Assembly: GCA_030141605.1 (NCBI GenBank)
Contig: JAQGDQ010000004.1
Coordinates: 1,612,001 to 1,676,000 of the forward strand
Origin: Tubiluchus corallicola
Taxonomy: Eukaryota > Animalia > Priapulida
Direction of reading: 5' to 3'
DNA: 64,000 nucleotides
A program made the position numbers and the translations under genes. Positions 27,406-38,938 of the stretch are shown here, one piece after another. Position 1 is the first letter of the stretch. Every line of letters begins with the position of its first letter. Under the pieces are notes generated by a model. That model saw only the letters and a list, made by a program, of their open reading frames with translations, had not been told where the DNA came from and ran no database searches.

Positions 27406-29460
27406 ACTGGTCACCCATCTTGCTTTATTATCCACAGTTTATTACCGCAGTTTATTAAATCAACCTTTCGCTTCACCACAGAATAGAATTTAATGTTAAA
27501 TGATTAATCAGCCACCTTACTTTGTAATTGTATTATTATTATTACTGTTGTTGTATAAATATTGTGTTTATATAGATCTTGTATGTAAGTTTAATTACCA
27601 TCTGCTGATTGTAATTGAATCAAATATTTTATTGGCTCGAGTGTGATAATTGTCAATTGTGATGCCCATTATTATTTTATTAGAACTTTGCATTCAGTAC
27701 TTGCACCGTGGAGATACCTGTATCAGACTCTGTCTGTTTTGTAAATCTACTATAAATAAATAAAGTTTAAACAAAACTAAGAAAAAAGAAGAGAAACAGG
27801 ATAGCAAATAACTTTATAATTTACAGAGTTATCCCATATTTACCGTACAATGTATATTTTTTCTCCATTAAAACATGATGTTTTGTTCTGTACCAATTAT
27901 ACTGCTGGTTTGACAGTTATGTGAGCAGCACTATCTCGCGTCAGCTACACAACTTACCCCGGCGCTACCTACAAAATGTATTCATAGATTGTTGTTTTTT
28001 CTGTTATTATTGTGCTTTTGTTATTAACGTTTCTACTGCTGTTGAGCCGTTCCATCCTATATATAGAATGAATGTTATTTATGTTGTACACACTGTGTCT
28101 TAAATATATGCTCAATAAACTAAACTATTACATAAAGAAGAAAATTCTAATGAAGTAACTTTTTGGACAGAGTAATATGTTGCGTAAATATTTGTAACAT
28201 ATTATGTCTCCTTAATATTTGCTGTCATTCTTGTAGTCATTTGAGAAGTATGGCACTAGATAATGTTAAAAGTAACTGCAGTAGTAGTGGTAGTTATAGA
28301 TGTGGTGTAACAGTAATATCATGTGCTATATTTGCAGAAATTCTGTATGAGATAATGGCAAGCAAAAAATAACCACGGAGGAAGTTCGTATCAGTGGCTT
28401 GCGTGGCTGAGATAGTAAAGTTATTGACTGTTTCGACTCTGATTAGCAAGGGCTACAGAGAATTTCCAGAGGTGGCTTTATCACAAGTTCATCTGATGAC
28501 AACTGCAAAGATGAAATCTTTTCCAAACCAAAACATAAACGAAAATCTTTTAGCATTGTGAATGCCTCTGCTGACCATTCTGCTTTTCACTATCCCGATA
28601 AATCACTTAACAATAGTTGAAAACACAAACCATGTTGCTTGCAGGAATATCCCAGCTGATACCAGTATAAATGAAGACGAAGAACAACAAATCATAGACA
28701 CTGCAAACGACGTTATGAGTCTTGTATATAATGGCTAGTGTAAAATTACAGAAGTTTTCTGCTAAATGCAACAACTGAAAACAAACAACCTATTACAGTT
28801 GATAGACGTTTCATCACAAGTGCTTGAAAGTGTTAGCAATGCCCAAGCAGTGACTAGTATTCCTATTTATGATTTAGTCTTCAATGTGATTTTGTCAAAT
28901 TGTTATTCACAATTGTTACTTATTTAGTAATTAATTAATTATTGTTAATGCACTACACGTGAATACCTGAAAATTGCTTCTATTGTTGTTTATGTGTTCT
29001 TTTAAATTCTTTTACATCAAATCCCATCAAAGATCTATACCAAACACATTTTATACATTCCAATCAAAAAATATTTGGTCACAACTTAAAATGGCTCTTA
29101 AAATATCCAATAATGGAAGCCTTTATTAATTCTCATTAATTTTAGTGTCGTGACAGCATCCATCTGGTGTGAAAATCAGTGAAACAATTGTTTTTTTATT
29201 CACACAATTGCAGATACAAAACAAAAATTGTATAAATTACAACAAAACCATGTTGTAACGTACAGTGTGTGTATTTGTAACGTACAGTTTGTATTTGATT
29301 TTTTCAAAAAATCTAATTCCAGAAAATTCATACGCAATTTTCCTTGTAATTTCTGGAACCTATGCTATAAATAGCAATAGTAAGAAGTTTTTGATGTTTT
29401 TGAAAAAATCATGCATTTAATGATTAAATAACAAATATGAAAAGTTATGTTTTAGATTTG

Positions 29461-29513
29461 TGGTTTGATTTTACATTCATTTAGTGGTTTGATTTTACAT
29501 TCATTAGTGGTTT
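29461..29513. repeat. 24-bp tandem duplication (TGGTTTGATTTTACATTCATTTAG, ~2.2 copies)
   Basis: Directly visible. Confidence 0.85.
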
Positions 29514-29816
29514 TAGCATTGAAACTTTCACTTGTGTCTACAGATTATTGCTGAGAAATGAGTAAATTGAGTTTGGACAAGAATTGTTGAATTTAGTTTA
29601 TCGTTGAATTTAGCTTCATAACAAGGAGATAATCCTAAATGACAAAGTTTATTGACAAATTAGTTTATGTAAATGATATAACAGTGCAGTTTTATATTGT
29701 TGTACTGAGATACATTACATGTAATTGTCAATGAGTGGACAAAACCTTTGCTTTAAAAAGGAAATTCCTGTGTTTGATCATCTGTAACAGTATTGATTTC
29801 TATTTATTTATTGCAG

Positions 29817-29982
29817 ATCAGTATTTGAAGAAAGTCCCACTCTTTATCAAGCACTTACTGGACAACTAGACTTTAGAAAAGCTGGTTACCTCTTAGAAGG
29901 AAAGCAGTCACCCGGAAGACCTGGATACTTTTTACAAAACCATACTGGAGCATCCACTTTACGCTGTCCACCAACAAACAAT
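29817..29982 (+). CDS. BCOR: BCOR-like upstream coding exon ([24 protein letters not shown]...PPTNN)
   Basis: Acceptor tttatttattgcag and donor AAT|gtatgc. Only one reading frame is open, and it joins in phase 0 to the exon at 30473. It needs an unidentified upstream exon ending in phase 2. Confidence 0.7.
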
Positions 29983-32900
29983 GTATGCTTTAAAATTAAA
30001 ATGTGGATTATTGGGTCTTTTTAATTAAATGTGAAGGCAATATATTCTTAATCCGTATAACAAAAAAGAAAATCCTGTATAGTAAACCTAATGTGCCATA
30101 TACCACTAGTTTTCAAAATATTTCTGATTTACGGCTCCTTTTTGCCGGAATGTGACAACAGTTATGTGACATTTATATTACTTGACACACATCTTACTCT
30201 GCATTGCCAATTTACATGTCTGTCATTCAACCAGAACATCCATGAGTAAACTGATGACTTGCTATGCAGCCATAATTTACAGCTTCAGTGATTTAAACTG
30301 TTACATATATTTTTGCAGATTTTGAAATGCCGATGTATAGGTGAAATATATTCTTTTATAAGTGGGTCACACTACTTCTGATGAGGGCTGAAAAACTACA
30401 GCTGTGAAAAAATAAAATAGAGTAATGTGTTTTACCGACTTCTGATTCTAGTTATGGTGTTTTGTTTTTTAGCGGATACCAGTATGTACTCAGCAGAAAA
30501 ATCTGAATAGTCAGTCAAAGTTGAGAATGTCTCGTCTTGATGGAAGCTCCCTGTCCAGTTCATATGCATCACTGAGTGGGACTAGAGAGTCTGACAAGCT
30601 GCCACATCTTAGAGATACTTACAATAAAGAAGTTAGAACACGACTACCACATGGCTATGATTTCGCTGAACATCAGCGCCTCACTTTAGAGTATCAACAA
30701 CAATTATTAGATCTGCAGCAACAATATGTTCCATACATTCAACAAGCTGAATTTTTATTAGGGTCTACGGCAAACTCTTCAAGACATTCAGATAGTATTA
30801 CAGCTAAAAACAATGTGACATACGCACAAAGTTCTGTGCATTTTGATGGTGCCAGTCAGGCAGTGCCTTCTTTTCAGAATTCTTATTCTTCGTCTGGAAA
30901 CATAAATAAGGGTTATTTAAATGATTTGAAGACTGGCCACACCAAAGCCCATGCTCAAAGCAGTGAAATCACAGATGCTCCTTTAGATTTGTCTACAAAA
31001 AGCATGAGACGTACTCCTGATAGTACTGAAGATGATGATGTAATTGTCATTGAAGATAAAAGCAGTGATTCTGCCAAATTTTTGAAACGTGCTTTGGTAG
31101 GAAACAGCTACCTTGCCAAACATGAAACAAGTAAGAAAAGTTCAACCTATACCACTGTACCAGAAGATATCCAGAGGCTGCATCAACATTCACTTGAAGT
31201 CAGTGCAAAACTACAGAGTAATGAATTAGAAGACAGATACACTGAGCATTTATATGATAGTGCAATAGATTCTAAACGAGCTCGTTATACAGACTCTGCC
31301 AGTTCTAAATACGTGAACTATAGAAATCCAATAAGTAATGAAAAAGCAATTGAATATTCACAGTATGAACAGAAATCATGTAGACAGAATGCCAAACAAT
31401 TTTCACATCAAAAATATTCTGGAGATATTTCTTCCCATGTGCCAGCTGTTACGGAAAGCTTGTTAGAAAGTTTTCGGTATATTCAGCAATATGCTACAGC
31501 CGACAGAGGTCCAGTAATACATCGTTCTCCAGCACTTAGTAATGCATCCTCTCTTCCACTCAGAGGCGATCCTAATCACACTTTACCAAAAGGAAGCACT
31601 GTACTACCAAGTTTTCGGTATCCTCTATTACAATATGAATCTGTTGTGCCTGATGCGAGTAAAAAACAACATTTAGTACCTGACAGGTGTGTGCATGATT
31701 TCCAAGGTGGTTACAGTTACCCATTTGATTATTATAGTCTTTATGCCTCTTTGTATCCGGGCCAAATTTCCTTAGTTCCTGCTGCAGGCCATGGCACTTA
31801 TTCAAGAGTATCAGGAAATATTCCATACATACCTCTGCCAGCCAAAACACAAATGTTACCTAGCTCATCCCGTGGTACACATCCCTCACATGTGCAAGAT
31901 GATCGACAATCACAACAAGATATGTTGTTAAATAAGCTTGAAGCTCCCGGTAAAAATCTTATGGCTGCACCTCATTCAAATTTACCAACATTTGACATTC
32001 AGGCAAAGATTATACGTGATCAAGAAAAGTCATTGAAAGATTACGAACGCTCATTAATGAAATTGAAGAATGAACATGAAGCAAAGAATTCAGAGCAACT
32101 CTGTTCCTCATCAATGCTACCATTAACAAATCCCATCACTGAAAGCATGCCCATCCATGCTGACATTCCAGAAATAGTTTCAAGTAATAGCAATAGTAAT
32201 CTTCAAAATTTGAAATCCTTGCACCAGACACGAATACCTGTTAATGAATCTCATGTGCTGAATACTGGCCTATACAAATATAAACGACACCAAATTGCAA
32301 GATCAAAGTCACCTCGAAACAGCAAGCATTTGGGTTTTGAGACTCCTAAGTTACAAGATGACCATACAGGAGGAGGAGGTCCATTTAGTTTAAACAACAC
32401 TAAGCAAATGCATTCTAGTCGACCAGAGATTCTAGTAGCAAAAGAGCCTGAAGTAATGTCAGATGCAATATCAGCTGAATCAACAGACTTTGTTTATGTA
32501 TCAGCTAATGTTCCCAAAGACAATTTACCAGCAGTTGGTGAAAGGCGTCTCTTTCTACAACCTGATCTGCGAATAATTGAACGTGAACTTAGGAAACCTT
32601 ATCCTGAAAGCAAAGATGACTGTCCTTCAAAAAGTACCAATTGTGATACACTAGAAACTGTGAGTTCCAAAATAAAATTAACTCTGCCACAGAAAAATTC
32701 GCTTCCAGTTAAAAGGGAAAGAAGTCAACTTCTGCAATGTAATATTTCTAGAGCCAAAGACAGTTCTATCAATAAGGAAGTAATAGATATAGCAGAGTCG
32801 CCATCTGACCATCACACTGCTGATTTTCCCAAAAGAAGTGATAAAGAAAGAACTGAAACTGCAGTTAATTTTGCAGAGCAATGCCGACAAATTGCAAGAA

Positions 32901-35900
32901 AACTTGGATTGGCAAACAAGCTTGTGAAGACTTTTAATATAGGGAAGACATCTGACACTAATGTTAAAACAGAGCCTGTGCGACCCTTTCAGTCTTTCTC
33001 AGCTGAATCTGTGAGTAGAAAAATTCACAAACTTTTGTCTCAAGATGAGTGCTATAATCAGGAATCTGTAAAATCACAGTATGCCAGTATCAATAGAGAT
33101 TCTGTTAGTGATAAAGTGATAAAGCAAGAAAATGAAGATGAACTTAGTTTAGAGCAAACAGTCTGTGATATTAAAAGGAAATTGGCAAACAAAGAATCCA
33201 AGGAGAAACGGCATACACATGATAAGTCAGAAAGGCTTGGCCAGCAGCCTTTACATCCACATACAAAAATAACACTGAATCAATCTTTAACAAATAATTC
33301 AGTTTTACCATGGATAAAAAATGAAGATACAGTGCCTCCTGTTGATGTGTCTTGTAATAACAAGCTTGGCAAACTCGAGCAAAATGACAACTTTGAAAAT
33401 TTGTGCCAATCTGTACCAGTTGCTGTTTCAGAAAGGGGTGTCTCATCAGTATTGTCCTCTGCATCAAAGATGCAGCCACTGTCATCCGTTGAATCACCTT
33501 TCAAAATGCCAAAGTATGAAACCTATACGATTCCTTTATTACCCGCTAAAAAGGCGTGGACAAAATATAAATATGCAGAAGTAAACTTTACTAAACATAA
33601 TTCTGATTCTAGTCATTGTGCCAGAATGTCTCCATCTGTTGAAGAACAGAAAACGAACAGAAAATATGCGTTTGAGAATAGTAATGAGGTAAAACGTGCT
33701 GACAGCAAACTTTCTTTGGATTCATATTCATCATCTGAAATAAAGGATGATTCACATTCAAAAGGTAATGAATTTACTAAGAAAATGGAGATTAACTCGT
33801 GTAATGATGCGAGTCAACCACCATCTTCTACAAGTGACCTGCCAGTAACTTCACAGTCCAACCAAACTTCAAGTTTCGTTGCTTCAAAGAATATGCGACA
33901 TAATTTTATAAAATCTGGTCAATACCAGATACCTTCAAAATGTCATCTGCCTTCTTCAAGTGCACTTAATAGAAAAACTGAGAGTGTTGCAAGATGTGCT
34001 AAAAAACCTGAAGAATTAAAAATACAGAGAATAAAAAACTGCTTTTATGAAAAGCCTCTTTCCAGTAATGGACAAAATCGAAGAACGAATACGCATAAGG
34101 AAACGAAACAAGCTGCCTTCATTTCAAATTCCTCATCTAAAAAAAGTGGAAAAGTAAAAAACAGTGGAATTACATTACGCAAACTGCACTTTAGAACAAC
34201 TAGTACGGAAAAAGTAGTAAGTAAAAATTATTACTAAGCAGTAAATATTAGTGTAAAATGAAATTTTATAAACAAATATTTAAGTTGGTAATTGTAAACT
34301 GTGTACAAGGATAAAGCATATTTTTTCATTATTATTTTAAACCGATAATAATTCAATGGAATTTTATTGTCTGTTGTTCCAAATTTTTGTTTGAAACATT
34401 TCTGTCATTAATCATGATTTATGCACCGTTGTTTGACTCTTTTAAAACTAGTATACCTGTATTCCCTTCCAACAAATCAAACAGACCCAACAAATCATTT
34501 ATTAACTTCTTTTACAGACTGGAAGAAATGAGATTCTGAAACAATGCCATCAGAGAAAAGTATTTAATCAAAACACAGCAAAGCAACATGCTGTTTTGCG
34601 CAAAAACAGTTTTGCTTACAAAAAGGTATAAATAATTAGTATTACAATGTGATGGTGAAAATGAAATTCAATGGGTTTTTTAAAATTCTATTTGATAATC
34701 AAGGAATTTCTGCATCACCTAATCAGGATTGTAGTACTTAATCAGGAATCAAATAGAAACTGCAGCTATAGTCAATAGTGAGCATGTTACTATTGATTAT
34801 ACTCAGTGTCTAATATTTTGAGCCAGCTAGATCACTTATAAGCCAACACACAGTGAGCAGCTTTGCCACAGAGAATAATTGATGACATAAAAAAGCAATA
34901 GTGTGCACTTTCTATTCTTGGTCTAAACGTGTCGAAACCGAGCTTAAATATACATCATCAGCAGTTAAATTCTGAAGGAGGAAAAACTGAGAACCAGGAT
35001 TCCAATTCAGATCTTGTGGTGTCAGACCATTTGAACTTACTAGAAAGCTATCAGTCCAAATGGCCAAGACAGGTCTGAATTCTCAAACTAGTCTGTATAC
35101 ACTCAGTCAGAACCGCCTATCTGTAGTAGCCAGAAATAGTTCTGCTAAACTTTATTAAAAGGACTATCCAACCGTCAACGGGGACTTTTCACTTCTAGTT
35201 CCTTCTACTTATCTTAATATGCAATCTAAAGCATCAAGACAGTTTGAGACACATTATTTGATGTAGGAGCTGTTAGGAATGGCTAAACACTTGAGCCCTA
35301 GCTAGTGAAATGATATGTATATATAAACCATATAGCACCACAATCAATATAGGAGTACTAGATCCCGAAATTAAAGTTAATGTAAGATTCCATGTGTGCG
35401 TAATGTGCATTGACTGTTTCCATTTGTCCTTGAATGCTATTTGTATTAACAAAGCTGACAGTGCTTTCCAACATTTTTAATTGCTGTTCGTGAAAATTAG
35501 CAGAAATAATTTTTGAAAGCCATGTTTCGAAATTTCAGTGCAACAGTGATCAAGAAATAATTACATTGATGGTATTAGCTTATCGTTGTACTATGAGATG
35601 GAAGAATTCAAAAGAAAGCAAATGTTTTGAGTGCATTGCATGGGAGAAGCAATACTGCATGTATGACTGCTTAGTGGAGGAACTGCAACTAGATGCAGAA
35701 TAACAATTATGAGCTTCTTCCACTTCTCAAAAACTCTAATGGAAGAAATATTACTGCATATTGGTGGTCCTGAAGTGACCAAAACTCAGCTGATCAGGAA
35801 TCAAATCAGCGAAAATGGTCACCAGAAACTGGAAAAGTCCCTAAATCACTTGAGCAATAGCAGTTTCTCGTGTGTGTGTTGCTGCGTAATGTGTATTCGG

Positions 35901-38900
35901 ACAGTAGCAATCACATTGACAATAGCAATACGGATCACACTTAATGCACTGCACATTACGTACACATGGAAACACTTCCACGTGTTTAAATGCAAATTAT
36001 TGTATACATACTAGGCTTCACACATCACGCTTTACATGTTCATAGATTCCTACCTTTAAACTGTGATAATGTATTTTTTGCATCTATTTGCAGCAAGGTG
36101 TAAGTGATAACAAAGTTATATAAACTGACTGCAGTTTAAATAAAGCTAAAGTGAGTCATTTTTAACAGTTTGGAAATACTTGTAAAAGCCCCACTCTTCT
36201 CTTTGCACGTTTTCAGACTGAAGCATTAAAAAGACGAGCAGCAGGACTAGGGCTTAGGCATCAAACAAACAACCAGGCACGGTTTGTGGATTTTCAACCA
36301 GAAATATTAGAATCTCGTACTCGAGCCCAGGCTGGTGAGATTATCTTTTCTGTCATTCTTAGTACATGATGCTTTATAAGCTCAGAGCTTACTGTTAACT
36401 GTACCTAATTAGATTATTTCTTAAATACATTTAGCAATATTTCCTTTTCCTTCTATTTTGGCTAGAAAAAATCCACTTAGACAAATTCTACTGAGTGGAT
36501 TTTACATTTTCATCCGTGTTTTTTGCTCTGTCAAAGAATTAGCATTGCTAATTTGATGAGTTTTTGCTCTTGACATTTTTGCTACAAGTTTAAATCTATG
36601 TTTGTGTCTTTTCCAGCTAGGAAAAAAAATGTTAGTCGACGATCATCATATAACAGGAATGCTGCTTATGAAAAAGCTCTTCAAAAGGATGAACAGCGTT
36701 TAAGTAGCCGTCGGGTGTCCCAACGAATCCAAATTCCAGAAAGCAAGCCAGCAGTTTGTGATGGTGAAGAGACGGATGTCTACGAGTATACTAGTGATGG
36801 TAGCGACAGTGCACCCCCGCCATATTCACCAAATCGCCATCGATTGTTGATGCGCATAAAGTTAAACTCTGCAAAAAAAGAACAAGAAAAGAGGCCAATC
36901 CGTCGCAAATGGGCGCCGCGCAAGTATCGTCGTTTACGTAAAGCAGATGATTCTTCGGATGGTGAAGAACCATTTATGATGCCAACTTTAGTTAGAACTG
37001 ATCGTCTTGCTAATCAGTACAAGGACGAAAATGCCGACAGCGATGAAGATCTACCACCACTTGATGTAAGTAAAGGCCCCACAACAAGTTTTTAAGTTCA
37101 ATAGCAAATCTGAAGTCGAGTAAAATGGTTCAGTTATAGGATTGGAAGACAGAGTTTGTGCTGTTTGTGCTGTCCACTTTCATTTACCTGAATAAATTTA
37201 CAATCCATTTTCTTATTACAAGGTATCTTAAAACCCAATAAGTATCTTTCTTAGGTCATTAGCAGAACAATGCATATGATTAGCAGTAGGCAACATGCAT
37301 GTAGTAGGTTTTTTGCACGATATGACTAGTATTATTTGGATGCAAATCTTATTGTCCTGTTAACACAAAATTGTTTTGTATAATAAAGTATGTGATTCCA
37401 CAGAGGATTAGTGATGTACAAAATGGTACATCTCGCTTTTTCTGTCGCTTTTTATAATACTAAAAACATGCCCATACCTGTAAAATTCTAGTAAATTGCA
37501 TTCAATATATTTTTAGCTTCTTCCTGTTTGTGAATACCAGCAGCAGACTGAATGTGAAGACGGTACTCTAGCGCGCCCTCAAAAAAGTGACTCTGTTCCC
37601 ATGCCACCAGAAGCAAAACGATTGATGATTAACAAAGCCTTAGGTGAAACACTCCTTCATCGAGCTGCTAGGCAGGGATATCTGGTATGTTCGCTTGTTT
37701 CAAAAACTGCATCTCCACAAAACTGAAACACTAAACATTTTTTATATCAGGAAGTATTTGCTGTAAGCTTAATTGTTAAATTCTGATACAGGCGGTTTTC
37801 TTGGACAGTATGTTCTATAACTCTAATGATTTCTAAAAATTGCTTAAAAACTCTAGATTGCTAAGTATTGACATTAACATGATCACTCCCTGGTATTTTA
37901 CTATTGCAATTTGACTACTTGTTTTCAGGATGTGGTGTTGTACTGCTTGGAAACCCGAATGCTAGATCCCAACGTCCGAGACAACGCTGGATATCGGCCA
38001 TTACATGAAGCTTGTGTTAAAGGCAATCTAGAAATTGCCCAACACCTTCTTCTATATGGTGCTGATGTCAACTGCAGCTCACTTGATGGTACAAGGTATC
38101 ATCGCTGTTATAAACCCTTTCTTCTTTGATCGTAATTGTTATTTAATAGTTATCAATATTAATTTTACTGATTTTTTTTCTTAGTTGTGTTAATGTTTTC
38201 TAGTAGTCATTGATCTTGAAAATAATCTTGAATTACTATGCCTAAACGAAGAATTTGAAATCCTGCTTACTTGTTCAATGAATATGTTTATAACTATCTT
38301 GACTAACAAAAATTTCTAGAATCATGGCTTAGTATGTACACTAAATGTTAAAATACCTTGTTTTAGTTGCAAACGTTTTTTAGTAAACTGTAATGTAGTT
38401 TCTAGGTGCAGTATGTTCATATTGATTTTCACATTATTATTCTTGTCTTTTTTTGCAAAATCTTCAGTTTGTAATAATGTGTACATGTTTATATTTAGGC
38501 CTATTCATGATGGAGTAGAGAATGACCATATAGAAGTTGTTCGTTTGCTGCTTTCGTACGGAGCAGACCCGACACTTGCTACTTATTCAGGCCGCACTTT
38601 GCTCAAAATTGCACGTAGTTTAAAAATGAAACGGTTTCTTGAAGGTAATTACCTGCAAAAGACTCGCTACTAATATAATTTATATAAAAAGCTAAGGTTT
38701 GGAAACTTCAGTTTAGCTAGAAAGGTGAAACACGGTTTACACAGCTCTACAAAAAATTCATAACTATTACTAACAACTTTTTATATAATATATCAAAAAA
38801 TGATGTCGGTAATAGTTGTCTTTTTGGTTGAGCTGTGTAAACTCTCTACTTGATGCGTATATATGTGTATATATACATATATATACACATCTTACATATA

Positions 38901-38906
38901 CATGTG

Positions 38907-38938
<32 letters not shown>

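Noticed and set aside
30360-30410. Hammerhead-ribozyme-like core (CTGATGA…stem…GAAA) just upstream of the giant exon
   Set aside because: Stem II is weak and bulged, and no stem III or correctly placed UH cleavage site can be built. At most a dead relic.
31572-33584. Antisense and alternate-frame ORFs inside the giant exon
   Set aside because: Shadow ORFs of the BCOR reading frame.
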